A DNA stretch of 64,000 nucleotides from Hamiltosporidium tvaerminnensis FI-OER-3-3 (taxonomy: Eukaryota; Fungi; Microsporidia). Of this stretch, positions 39,231 to 52,408 are shown piece by piece. The notes beneath the pieces were generated by a model that was not told the origin of the DNA, searched no databases, and saw only the letters and a program-made list of their open reading frames with translations. The DNA is taken from positions 248,001 through 312,000 of the forward strand of contig JAKIMF020000005.1 in NCBI GenBank assembly GCA_022605425.2, read 5' to 3'. The translations under genes were made by a program, and so were the position numbers. How positions within the stretch are numbered: position 1 is the first letter of the stretch; every line of letters starts with the position of its first letter.

Positions 39231-40804
39231 ATACTATTGCTTATCTTTTTATTTAATTAAAAAAAATTTAAAATTTAATTAGGAGAAAGCCCTGTGTTTT
39301 TAAGGAGAAGTTTGTATTAAGGAGTACTTATGTTTTATATGTATTAATATGTGTGTTTGGATTAGTAGTTATTATAAATAAAGTATATTATATGGTGGTT
39401 TATTGTCTTATTATTAATATTATTTTCTTATTATAAGTCATTTGTTATTAGTAATAATCATTTGTTATTGGTATTAGTCATTTGTATTTAGTTATAAATC
39501 ATTTGTTATAAGTCATTTGTGTTTATACAAAGAAATATTGACTAGAAGAGCAGCAATTCTAAAGGTGGAGAATACTAATAAAATATTTCTTTTAAGGATA
39601 AGAGAAAGTGGTTTAATATTGAGGATATATAATCAATAGAATTAGAGATATTTCAAGATGTGGTTGTAATATATACAATGTGTGTATAAAAATATTAAAA
39701 ACTCGAATAATTTAGGAATTTAAGTACTTATATTCTTGAAACTATTGGTTATTTTAATAAAAGTTTAAAAATTATAGAAGAGAACAGGTTATGTGTATAT
39801 TGTGTTTTATTTAGATGATTAATTATTTTGAGAAGGGGGAAGCTAATATAAACATTATGGAAATAAATGTAGGGTAATAATGTATTTAGTGAATATGTTG
39901 TAAAAAAGACGTTTTTATGTAACTATTATGGATTGTTATGAAGATTTCTTGATAAACTTTATGGCTATTGGATTTAAATTTTTATTTAAATATTTTTTTT
40001 GTTTTTAAAACGAATTATGAATCATTCGGTTCAAAAAATATTATAAATATGTGGTTGAGGATAAAAACTATCTGTTTGCGATGAGGGTTTAAAGCTCATG
40101 TGAAAAATTCTTAATATTATTTTGTTTTAGTGGTATTTACATATAATTAATAGAATTGGGAATTAGTTCTTAATATTTGCTTCGAGTAGTTTAAATCGGG
40201 TGGTTTTGGATAAGGCGTTCAATATTACTTTTTTTATTGAAGTTGTGTAGAATTGGGTTTTTAATAAATAATTTGATGTATAAGGGCTATAATTGTAAAT
40301 CTTATACTAATAAGCACTTTGTGTTATTGGAATAGAAATGTATGTCAAGTGTTGTTTGGTCAAATATAAGATAGCACATTGATTTTAACTGAAAAAGAAT
40401 ATTTTAGATAAAATAAAATGTTAGATTGTAAGCTGAAAAATATTTGAGATGTCTTGCAATTTGTTATGATGTTGAATGAAGCTATACGCATATTAATTTT
40501 TCATCTTTAACTAGTATGGAAATATTTGTAAATCAATAATAAAGTTTTTTGTTATTGACATTATATTGATCTGTAAAGTTATTAAGTCTTAACATATATA
40601 AGAATAAAAGAATGACCATTAATTATCTAAAATTGGTAAAGGGTAGGGAGGTATTAAAAAATACACCTACAGAACTTAACTTACAATACAATCAATTTTT
40701 TAATCTATAAAAAGATAAAAATATATTTTAATTAATGTATCTTAAGATAAAATAATATTTAGATAACCAATTAATTATATATTAAACAATTTGAAAGCCT
40801 TGAA

Positions 40805-43150
40805 ATGAATATTTCATTTGGAATGTTTACGTATAGAATGAATAAAAAAGTTTTGAATATTGAAGTGATTTTTAGTTGGATTAATATATTATCCACGTTT
40901 ATATTCTTTAATTCCGTTGATTCGTATAGTTTTACTTATGTTTTTAGAAGAAATGGACACTCGCAAATTTTATTTTTCGAAAAACAACAAATTGAAGTTT
41001 TAATATGTCAAGAATCGAATAATGATTTTGAAGTAACATATCTAACGCAGCATCATGATAATTTTTTTGGAGAACTAAAACTCATGTTTATATACGATAA
41101 AGAAAATTTTGTAAAATTTGAAATTTTAAATGATTTTTTATCGCAAAATCCCTTGAAAAATGAATACGTGTATGGAATAATCAAGTGTAATTTCGAATTG
41201 TCTTATTATTTAAAGATATCAAAAGATATAACAGAAATAACGGAATATCTAAATTTTTTTCAATTTGATGAAATGTTGACATGTCTAAGTCTTTTAAAGG
41301 CAACAAAGAACAAAGATTATGATGAATTTATAAGGGCTCTGATCTATAAAAATTTGATTTCTAAGAATATCGATACAATATTTAAACAAGAAAGTTTGGC
41401 GAGGATAGATGTTTCTATGAAAAAAGACAATTTTATTTCAGCTGTCTTAGATTTTTTTATGATAAAATATGATTTCTATGATGGAAATTTGATTCTGCTA
41501 GATAAAAAAAAGGATATTTATGATGTTAAAAATTTCGATAAGCATATTCCATATAAAAATTTATTTTTTAATAGCTTTAAAATATTTTGTAGATTAGAAA
41601 TTATCTTAGGAAATTTTTACGCCTCAAATTTATTTATAATATTACTAAATGAACTTAATATCAAATCACTCATAATAAGCAATAAAGATAACTATAAAAT
41701 TCTTGATAAACAGTTTAATTTTCATATTCTATCGACCAAAATATTTAAATCGATAGTAATTATAAATTTCAAGGACATTTCCTCGCTATTATTCTTATCA
41801 AAACTAAATCTGGCTATCCCAAACAATATAGAATTCTTAAGTTTTAGAAATTTAGTTGTTCCAGTGAACATACTCAATTCGTTTTTAGAAAGTAGAAAAC
41901 TTATAGGATTAGTATTAAATGAAATGAAATTTACAGGAGCGTTTCCTTTTATAAAAGATTTTTATGATTCAAATGAAACATTAGAATATATAAATATCTG
42001 TTATGCGGATATAAATAGTACCTGTTGGAATAATTTTTTCTCGAGGACGAATGTTAGAAAAATAATTCTTAGTTTTAGTAGTTCGTCGGCCGAAGCATGT
42101 TTCTTGAAAGAGTTCTATGCTTCTGCGCCATATAAAAGCGTGAGATACATTGAAGTAAGATTTCATCGAGCATCAGTTATATCAAAAAAAATTCTTGAAT
42201 TTTTAAAACATTTTACCATTTTAGAATTATTAAAACTTCATGGATACATAATAGAAAAGAATGCCGAATTTCATATTCCAAACGCAATTGAATGTATGAA
42301 AGACTTGGAATATCTCGAGATAAGTCAACTAAATTACAATCCAGATTTCTATAATTTCTTGCCTGGAAAATCTAGAATCTCCGTTTTGCACATATATAAC
42401 GTTTTATTAGACAAAGAAGCACCTCTTATTGATTTTATAAAAAATCACAAGTCATTAACAGAATTGGATTTGAGAGAAACCGTTATAACCCAGTCTTGTT
42501 TGCAGGAAATATTTAGATTAGAACATTTAAAAACATTCATAATGAAATCATGTGTCTTGGAACTTTTTATGGATGATCTATTGTTAGAATTCGCGTCGAA
42601 GCGTTTAAATACATTATGTTTAAGTCGTATCGATTCGAATTACACAAAGTATTTTAATTTTGTAACCAAACTTGATTGTTTAGAATATTTAGAAATACTA
42701 AATAATAAATTATTACCTGGATATTTACCAAATCTAAGCGAAAAATACAATTTGAGTTTAAAAAAACTTTCTTATATATCTACTATTTTAAATGAAGATA
42801 TTATGAATAGGATGGGACAGCTTGGGGTGTTAAATGAATTATATCTTTCTAAATGTAGTTTTATCTATACTCATTTTCACAAATTAGGAAATTTTTGCAA
42901 ATTTTTTAATTCGTTGAAAATTTTAGATCTATCTTGTGTCGAGCTAAATATTGAAGATTTAAACTATATTAAAAATTTTAAAAAGCTCATAAAGTTATCA
43001 ATTAAAATGCCTGATTTTGATCTAATACCACTAAAAAACTGCTTGATACTTCTACCGAACTGCCAACTTCAAATATTTTATGGAAAGCAAAAAGGTAATT
43101 ACGATATTATTCGTAAATATCTTTTTGAACAGAACGTTGATTTGGTGTGA
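40805..43150 (+). CDS. Lineage-specific LRR-like protein with an N-terminal hydrophobic segment (family member 2)
   Basis: 781-aa ORF. Hydrophobic IFSWINILSTFIFFNSVDS, and LRR-like units LTELDLRET, LNTLCLSRI, LNELYLSKC, LKILDLSCV. Confidence 0.8.
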   Translation: MNISFGMFTYRMNKKVLNIEVIFSWINILSTFIFFNSVDSYSFTYVFRRNGHSQILFFEKQQIEVLICQESNNDFEVTYLTQHHDNFFGELKLMFIYDKENFVKFEILNDFLSQNPLKNEYVYGIIKCNFELSYYLKISKDITEITEYLNFFQFDEMLTCLSLLKATKNKDYDEFIRALIYKNLISKNIDTIFKQESLARIDVSMKKDNFISAVLDFFMIKYDFYDGNLILLDKKKDIYDVKNFDKHIPYKNLFFNSFKIFCRLEIILGNFYASNLFIILLNELNIKSLIISNKDNYKILDKQFNFHILSTKIFKSIVIINFKDISSLLFLSKLNLAIPNNIEFLSFRNLVVPVNILNSFLESRKLIGLVLNEMKFTGAFPFIKDFYDSNETLEYINICYADINSTCWNNFFSRTNVRKIILSFSSSSAEACFLKEFYASAPYKSVRYIEVRFHRASVISKKILEFLKHFTILELLKLHGYIIEKNAEFHIPNAIECMKDLEYLEISQLNYNPDFYNFLPGKSRISVLHIYNVLLDKEAPLIDFIKNHKSLTELDLRETVITQSCLQEIFRLEHLKTFIMKSCVLELFMDDLLLEFASKRLNTLCLSRIDSNYTKYFNFVTKLDCLEYLEILNNKLLPGYLPNLSEKYNLSLKKLSYISTILNEDIMNRMGQLGVLNELYLSKCSFIYTHFHKLGNFCKFFNSLKILDLSCVELNIEDLNYIKNFKKLIKLSIKMPDFDLIPLKNCLILLPNCQLQIFYGKQKGNYDIIRKYLFEQNVDLV

Positions 43151-43777
43151 TTAAATTTTAATTAAATATTGGTTCTTATAGTTTCTATTTGGGGCAATTT
43201 ATACTGATATATATAATTATGATAAAATACATCATTTACTTCAAATATATATTTTATAAATAATGATGTGATTTGGCATGGTATGTTTTAAAATTTGTTT
43301 CTTTGCAAATGACATGGTTTGCTTGTTTTAAATTTCTAGCTTGTTATTTATTGAGCTTTTTTTCTCAGTCATTAATAATTTAGTCGATTATTTCAATTCA
43401 AAAATATTACCTATGTATCAATCCTTTTTAGTTTCTTAAAAAATATATTTTACGAATTTGAATCTTATGGGATCTATAAAAAAGCAATACATGTTATGTG
43501 ACTGATATTAAGAATATCTACTAAACCAATTTTTTTTAGTATTTCACAGTTCTTAAAAGTAAATTTTTCTTTCAATTTAAAGTTTCTTATCAAAAAACTA
43601 CAATGAAAGACAGAAGCTAATAGAAGACAAAAGGCGACCAACAATATTTTGTATTGTGCTATATCATAAATATATATTGTGCGATGGTTGCTGTTTCACA
43701 GGCCAAAATTTGTTATTTAAACCAAGATCTATTACCATATAATCCTTTAAATTTGATTCGTGATATATTTGTATTTG

Positions 43778-44000
43778 TTCCTTCACCATCAAAGGAGCAT
43801 ATTTAATTTGAAAAATCTCTGCTTGTCGTAAGAGGCGACTAAAAAGGATTGGCTTTCCAGGTTGGGCGTAGGGCTAATAACCCACTCTTTAAAACCATTT
43901 TGTTATGAAACCTAAAAAAGTAAACAAACCACTAAAAAAAGACCATTCTACGGTATTAGTGAAAGCTGCAAAAGCCCGTGCAGAACCATAGGGCCGAGAA
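43778..44000 (+). mobile_element. Short element resembling the 5' UTR of RTE-clade retrotransposons, copy 1
   Basis: CTCTGCTTGTCGTAAGAGGCGACTAAA followed by GGTTGGGCGTAGGGCTAATAACCCACTC..TAAAA..TGTTATGAAACC. A homologous copy lies 1.2 kb downstream. The RTE assignment rests on my recollection of such 5' UTRs. Confidence 0.6.
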
Positions 44001-44957
44001 TAATATATTTACTATAATTTAAACTCTTAAAGAAATTCTTTTTTGTCTCTTATCGCTTTTAAAATAATGACGATTTCTTGTTGGATTCGAACGGAATTTT
44101 ACACAGTAGATATTATATGAATTATCCTACGTCATTTATGGATAATTTTTTTAAAAAAAAATCAAAAACAGAGAACCAAATTATATTTCAATATTATTGT
44201 TATAAAGAACCAGTAAAAATTCTTTCTAGAGTTCTTTTTATTTTTAAAAAACTTTCCTATTATTTTATTTCGGCCAATTAATTTAAATTGAAAATATTGT
44301 CATAAAGGCCTGGATATTCTGTTTCTATGTTCGATATTCCCCTTCTTTTTTTCAATGATTGCCGTGGAAATTCTTCTAAGACAGCCGTCGATACATTATC
44401 GAAATATATCTAGATCAACAAATGATTAGTTGAATTTCAAAACTTTTAATTGATTGGGATCAGAATATTAGCAGTTTGATTTTTATAATTTATTTTTGGC
44501 AATTACATTTACGAAATTGTTTTCTATAAATATATCTTTCGTTCCTTTTCGGAATTTTTTATAAATTTTTGCTTTTTAATGTAATATAATAACCTTTAAA
44601 ATTTCTAGAATGCTATCAAATTCTTCGTATTTGTACTTCTTCTAGCTTCTAACACCTTAATTTATATTTTATAAGTTTAATTCGGGATCTGATATACACA
44701 TAAAACACAAAAAAAAGAGTATCCAAAAGTAAATATTTTGGAAAATAATGAGTCGTCATCTAAATAATCGAAAATTGTGTAGAAATAGCTTGGATGTTTT
44801 AAAATTTTCCTTCGGGTAACATAAAGCTTCGTTGTGATCTAATAAATTAATTATTCTAAAAATTAAAATAGATTTATAAGCCTGATGTAAACTAAATCAA
44901 GTATAAAAAAGCTAAAAAAACTATCAATTCCGTTTTCAATACTATTGGAAATCGTTT

Positions 44958-45175
44958 TTTCCTCACCATGCGGAGCAAAATTGGCTTAGAGTATTCTCTG
45001 CTGGTCGTAAGAGGCGATTAAAAGGGACTGGACCTCTACTTTGAAGTTGTACCCGGGCCAAAAATCCGCCCCTTAAAAACTCTTTGTTAAGAAACCCGAG
45101 AAGTAAATAAACCCACTAGAAAAATATCGGAAGGGATATTACTGAAAGCGGACGAAACTGGGTGTTGAGGATGAA
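44958..45175 (+). mobile_element. Short RTE-5'UTR-like element, copy 2
   Basis: CTCTGCTGGTCGTAAGAGGCGATTAAA...TAAAAACTCTTTGTTAAGAAACC..GTAAATAAACCCACTA..TATTACTGAAAGC, collinear with copy 1. Confidence 0.6.
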
Positions 45176-46067
45176 GATTACGAATTATTCTTGTAAGATT
45201 TTTAATCATAATCACTTAAAGACATATCTAATTCCAAAATAAGTATACAGTAATCAGAATGTTCATTTCGAAACAAAATACCATGCATAGTATCAGCGTT
45301 TGATAAAAGAAGGGAGATAATATTCATGGATTACTGTATTAGATAGAAACATAGATCATTCGGTGATTATATCCACTTTTAATAAAATTCAACTCCAACT
45401 TCAACCAATGCATCTTTAATTCGTAACATTCTAAAAGCAGTGTAAATAAACAAGCGTCCACAGCTTAATACAAAACTGGCTTGAAAATTTAGATCCAAAC
45501 GAAGATTGTTTAGAATAACTTTCAAGTATATGAAATTTTCTATTAAGACGATATTTTTTTTAACACACACTTTGGTTGTAATCATCTCACCTGTACCTAA
45601 ACGCGAGCTGATATCAAATCTATCGGATTTTATTAAGACCGGAATAAAAAGTCTTCAGATAACAAATATTGCTACATTCTGACGAAGAAAAAATTTATCA
45701 ATGAAAATTCGACTTTATGCAAAGTTGGTATTGTACTGTATTTATAGTCTTAATCAAAATTCGGAATCCTTTTTTTAACTAGACAGTGGATGTAGTAAGA
45801 TTTTTATAGATGTAAAACATTAGAAAAAAAAACATTTTTCTAAAACATATAGATATCTCATACTCGGAAACAATATGATTTTTAGATATAAACCGGCTCT
45901 ATAGATGTACTTGCTAAAAGACACAAAATTTTCGGTTTCTAAATAAATAGTGAAATACTATAAAAAAATCTTAGTTAACTCATAATAAAAACGAAATACA
46001 ATCATAACTAGAATACACAAGCCTAAATCGATAGTGAAATAAAAACAATACAATATATGAATACTAT

Positions 46068-47328
46068 AATTTTATTTAATAAAATTCTGGGTTAAAATAT
46101 TTTTTATCATTTTTTATATGTTTTCTTCTACCTCTTTAGCCACTATTGTCTCTTCTTCCAAATCCGACTCTTCTTATGTTATTGGTCGGTTCCTCTAGTG
46201 GTTCTCCTTGTAAAATAAAGGGTGCTTTATTTTTAGTTTAAAATTTTTGCCTCATTTTCTCTCTTATCTCCTTTTAAAGGGGGTGTTGGTTCCTCGCTTC
46301 TGCTCTCATAATAACACACATTACGCTCTCTCACAGCTCTCTTCGGCATTTGGTGCTGACTCAACTCCTTCGTCGATCAAGGAAATTGTTTCACTGTCTT
46401 TATACTATAGACTGAATGTATGCCTCTACATTCATGGGTATTAGTCTTTAAGATGAAATTTATGGTATTTGCACAATACCGTCTCGTCATCACATAAGGG
46501 ATTATCTCACACTACACCTATAAATAAGACCCAACTCATTGGCTAGCGGTCATACTTCCTAGTTTTCAGTTTCACTATTTGAAGTGAATCTTAAGTGATT
46601 CCTACTATGAGTGTTATCTTTTTCTTTTCTAAAATAAATCTGTCCGGTCTGTTATTCTAATTTTAACATCGTTTAATTCTGTTCCACCTTATCTCTGCAT
46701 ACTCATTATCAAGAATTTCTTGAACTGAGTGACTTCTATTTGTTTTGAAGACTTAACTTATATCTATTTAGAAGAAGTGTGTGGTATCTAACCATCATAT
46801 GCCGTCTGGTGTAATCATGGCCTGCATTTTCACATCTGTTGCTATGATCCACATCTTACCAGACTTCCCGCATGTTGCACACACCATCTGCTCCCCGAAT
46901 ACATTTCTTCTGGATATAGCAGGACACAGCTTCATTTCGTGGCCTAGTATTTCCTCTCTTTAACCATATTAAAAAATCACTAACCCCAACAACCTCTTTT
47001 TTTTTTAATTTTATAATTTTGAATGGATTTTTCGTTTTTCTATTTCGTTATATAGTTTTTCAAGTTGTGCTTCTTCTAAATTTTTTTTAAAAACCCTTCC
47101 CCCCCCCAAAACTTTACTTTTAAAAAAAATTTTTTTTATAAAAAATGGTTTCTATTATTATTTTCCACCTTTTAAATTTTTTTAAAAAAAATATTAATTT
47201 TTTTTTTTTTCCAGACAATCCAAGAGTTACAGAAGCATATGTTTTCCCAAAAAAACAAACTATGTAGGCCTCTTCCAAGTTCTGTTCTAGGAAGATATAA
47301 ACGCTCTTTACATCCTGGGCGGATATGT
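46068..47328 (-). mobile_element. 5'-truncated copy of the RLE non-LTR retrotransposon
   Basis: Matches ~22206-23530 and the reverse complement of ~60545-61880. Many 1-bp deletions and a garbled stretch at 46970-47210 suggest sequencing error. Confidence 0.9.
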
Positions 47329-48011
47329 AAATACTATAATAAAAACTTAATTCACTATAATTATAAATAGTTTTATTATGAAAAAAAATTTACGTAAAAA
47401 GATAATGACAAGATCAAGTAAAATTACATGTTTAAATGAATTTTGCTTGTGGTATGCCAACAAATGATAGTTTGAATCGTTCTGATAGTAAGATGGTTTT
47501 ATAAAAATCATCATTTTATGTATACAAATTGATATAATTCTCACTATAAAAAAGCCTTAGGTTTCGATTCATAACAAAAATTTACGCTTGTAAATATCTT
47601 TATTTTAGTTATATTCAAATAAAAAGCCTAAAATTGCCTAAATTAGACAAAGATAATTATTTCTATGTTTTTTTGAAAAATTACGCTAATTCATATCTAT
47701 TCAACTAAGGAACAAAATTTCTTTTATATGAAAAAATTTAAACGTCTAAAGCATATTATTCATGTTTTTTAGTAATTCAAAGTGTAGATTCGTAATGTTT
47801 AATTGTTACATAAATTTCGAAGCCAACCAAATATAAAAATATAATTAAACAATGAAGAATATCAAAGAACATAATTTTATTCAATACTAAACTAGATTCA
47901 AACAATAGATTACTAAATCAAATATTTTAGAGCATTTTTGAAATATAAAACCAAACATTCTTTTAATGTAACATTAATAGTCACTCTCTCCTCAGTAAAG
48001 CACTCAGAAAT

Positions 48012-50556
48012 CTAAGAAAATTTAATGTTTTTTAAATATTTCAAGCATGAAATATCTTCTACAGAAAGAATGCCATCATTTATAGTTAAATTTATAAAAT
48101 GAAGATTTATCAACGATAATTGTGCTGTTATAAACTTTATCGGAATTTTAGTTGTAGAAGTGCTTAGCAAAACCAATGTACTTAATTTAGAAAAACTTAT
48201 ATTTCCGTATCGAGCAACAAATTGCATATAAATACGATCATCAAGTGTAATTGAAAGATAATTAAGATTTTTTAATAGACTTAAACTATAAATATCGTGG
48301 ATATCTAATTGATTCTCGGAAATGTCTAGTTTCTGCAATGATGAACAAGAAAACCCGAATTTGATAAATCTCATAAATCCAGGTTTAAAGTCACAGTTCG
48401 CGATTTTCAATTCTTTTAAACAATTAAACTGGCATAGAAACATCAAATCCTTTTGAAAGAATTTTGAATTTGATAAATCGATGGAAAGCAACGTATTTTT
48501 AAAAGAAAAATCTAAACCGGTCAAACTTTGTTCCAAAGAAGGTAAATTACAAAGTTTCAGGGCTTCTAATTTTTCAAACTGTTTCAAAAAATCAATTTCT
48601 ACGGAATCCAATGGACAACCACTAAGATCTAAACTCTTTGTAGATGTATGTAAAGTTTTCTGTTTTAATATACATTTAAGCTCTATCGAGCTCATATCTG
48701 TCAAAGATAAATTTTCAACTTCAATATCAGCATAGAAAAAATTCGAAATATATTCTAATATATTAAATCCGGAAAGCTCTAACGAATTAAAGTTTTTTCT
48801 ACCCAATAAAAAGGATCCGGATTTATTACATGGAAATTTTATATGTCTAAGGCTTATATATTCAAGGTTTTTAGATTTAATCAGAAAGTTTGTGCATTCA
48901 TTACCTAATTTAGAATAATCAATTCGTAAACCTCGCAGTGTATTGTCATCGTCCCATATTATTAATTTATCATTACAACATTTATAATAGCAGTCTATTA
49001 AATCTAGGTATTCTATTTTGATTTTGATTAAATTGTTGAAAAAAACCTCATTCAATTTAAGACCAACAAGTTTTAATATTCTAAGTCGTGGAAAATTAAA
49101 ATACAATTTTGAGAAAAAGTGAATATTAGTCGGCCAAATACAATTGACTAAAGATAGTGATTCTAAATTCCTGAAAGATGTAAATAGATTCAAATCATAA
49201 AAAGATAAAGCGATGCGTTCTAGCTCCAGGAACTTCGTATCGTATTTAGTTGTTAAAAAAATATCTTTTAATACATCGAAGGAGAAAATATTTAAATTTG
49301 AATGTACTTCTCCACTTGGTAATTTTTTTGAGATATAATTTTTATCATTTTCATAGGCTTCGGAATAATATATATTATCATGAGATATTTTAACAGTGTT
49401 TATTATATATAAATGAATTAACCATGAAAATAATTCGGTATCAATATTAGGTTCGTTTGTAATCAAAATAAGTGCATCGAATGTAGCGCGAATTATTAAT
49501 TTTTGAATTGTTTTTGTATCAAAGAAAAATATCTCAAACTGATTTGATTTCTTTGAGAACAATAGTTCATCGGTATTTTTATCAAATTTTACATCGACTG
49601 TCCGAAATATTGTGGATAGAAATGGTAAAAACAGCATAGAATTCTTAAATAGAGTGTTTTTTACTGTTTCATCAGGTAGTTTTAACTTCACATAATTCAT
49701 ATATGATACCAATAACGGAGTTAAATTTTTATATAGAGTGTACATTACACTTGAATTTGTATAACAACTTAAATACGTAAAAGCTTCTAAAAAATTGATG
49801 AAATTTTTTGTTTTCAAATCTAAACATTTTTTATGATAGCCAAAATGTAAAACATAAAGCAAAATTTCGAATGTCTGAATATCAATATTTGTGCTTGTAA
49901 TCTCCGAAATGTTAAATTTATGATCATCAGGCTTTGATTCTCTAAAATTGTTAAAATACCTCGATTGGATTATAAATTTGTCTGAGTAATCAAAAGATAT
50001 GCTCGTATTGCTTTTTTTTAACCATTCCGAATCCTTATCTTCGATTATTTGTGAACTTTTAAATTTTTTTTACAAGATAAATCGAGTGGTTGAGAATCAT
50101 CAAAGTCTGAATGAATTTCTGCTGAAAGACAGCTACCACTTGGTATAATATTATCATCAAATTTTCGTTTTGCGCGTATGTTCCGTTTGTTTGCTTTTAT
50201 CAAATTCTTGATCTATATCAACAATGTTTACTTCTTGAATATAATTGGTATTTTTTGTCGTATTTGAAAAGGCTTGGTTACTTGTGGATGGTATTAATTG
50301 GTTTTCACCGATTGGTTTGTAAAACATAAGGGGTACTATCTTTTCGAATCGATTGACGTTTTCCTTCTTCATTTGGAAACATAACTTCAATACGAAAACA
50401 ATTGCACGGTTTGAATAAACTTTGAAAAAGAATGAGCAATGTAATAAGTTTTATACTACCTTGGTATTCTGAAAAATGATGTTTTTCTGTTTCGTTTTTT
50501 ATTTTTCTCTTTTTATCAGGTTTGCAATATCTTGATATTTTATTAATCCTTGGCAT
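48012..50556 (-). pseudogene. LRR-like family member 3, split by frameshifts (pseudogene or indel errors)
   Basis: Three consecutive minus-strand ORFs (50305-50556 with hydrophobic LITLLILFQSLF; 50157-50390; 48012-49862, whose frame stays open upstream past 50000). Clear LRR units: LESLSLVNC, LDLSGC, LKELKIANC, LQKLDISEN. Confidence 0.7.
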
Positions 50557-52408
50557 TTAGAAATAAAAAAATTCTGAGCCTATATATTAAAATGAAAGAT
50601 AAAATTGTTTTTTTAATTATTTTAATTGATTAAAATCTTTTATTAGAATTTTTTTTTGAGATTTTTTCTTTAATCAAAATAATTCGTATCTTTCCTTAAT
50701 AAAAAATAATTTTTTAAACGACGAATTGTTTGTATAGCTTGTGACTAACAATTACATAAAATTAAAAAATATTGGCTTATAAGATTAACTTTCGATACTA
50801 TTTGGTTTTCATACAAGAATTAAAATTCAATTATAAGGAAATATTATACTACAAATAATAATGTAAATTGCTGATTAGAGGAAAAAATAATTTATATCTG
50901 GGTTTTAGTCTGATTTTATGATTTGAAATGCGATCAAATAAAGATCATACATAAAAGAACATAAAAAAGTGGTGATTGTTTTCTCAGTCTATCTTAAAGA
51001 AAAATTAATAAATTTTTTGTTTTTTCGTTAAATACATTTGCCTTTTATATAAAGAAAAGATTTAGTTGCTTTTGAATTACTCTGATTGTATAGATACTAA
51101 GAAAAAATTTAAAATTTTTTAACAAGATATTTAAATATATTCAAAGGTAAAATATTTTATAAAAGAAAGTTTTACATTTTCTGTATGTTTTATAGTTCTA
51201 TTTATTTTACTGGTCTATTTAAAGCGTGTTTTAAATTTAGTTTTTATCTAGATTTTAAGGATAACACTTGCTGAAAATCACATTAGTACGCTTGAATTTC
51301 ATTTTCTCCAACAATAATATATATTGTTAAATGCAATGTATATATGCAGGTTTTGCATGATTTTTGCATTTTTGCTCCGCCTTACTAACCCTGGATGTGT
51401 TTTCCGCTCGGTGTAGCCTCTAACTTGACTAAAAACCTTTTTTTCAATCTAAAGAAATTGTCAGTATGAATTTTCAGTACATATTGATCACTTCCAGATT
51501 AGTAAAATTAACGATATTAACCAAACAGATATATCTTATGAAATTTGTCGAAAATAACTTCCTATGTTTGTTTATTGTATATTGTTTGAAATATAAGTAA
51601 AAATAAGATCCTATATACCGACTGGTGAGCAAAATATCGTTTAATTATTAATTGAATTGCTTAAAAAATATGTTATGAAAAACTATACGCCTAAAAAGCT
51701 CAATATAATTTATTTTTATCGAAAATGAAATCACTAGCGTATTATCTCTAATTATAGTTCAAAGTTTATTCAAATATATTTTTTTCAGATACTTTTCTTC
51801 GAGTTTTTGATTAATAATGCGACCGATTGTTCTAATTTATAACTAAGGTAATTTACTATTTAGAAATATATTGGAGATAAAGCTTAATTATCATGGAACC
51901 TTGTATAGAAATAATTTGGTGCTTGCTCCATTTATTTGACAAAGGCTCTATAGACTTATTTCACTTTCTACTATTGGGTCACTTTCTTTTTGTAATCTAG
52001 AATACATTTCTATTCACGGGTATATAAGAGATAGCCTTTTCCTACTATTATATTCTTATTTAGTCATCCTAAGAAATCACTTACATTTTTTAACTAATTT
52101 TTTCTAAAATTATATTGTTAAAGATGAAATTGTTCGATTTATATTTGCTATATAAACGACTTGACTCCCGTATTTTTGTTGGAAAGCAGCTAATTTTGAA
52201 GTAAATGTCTACCAAAAAGGTGCTTTTGCTCATCATTACTGTACTAATATATAAATTATTGTTTTTAAACGTAAATGCGGTGTCTCTAATTATGTTATTC
52301 TTGGTCATATTTATCTTTTTGTCATGCCTTTCTTGTGATGCCTGATTTACTGTTCATTCTGGTACCTCTTTTTGTTTTTAAATATAATTATATTTTATAA
52401 ATTTCTAT

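Noticed and set aside
40050-40600. Possible seventh, very decayed copy of the 700-bp element (TGTGGTTGAGGATAAAAAC...GCGATGAG)
   Set aside because: Only the first ~40 bp resemble the head; I could not follow the alignment further.
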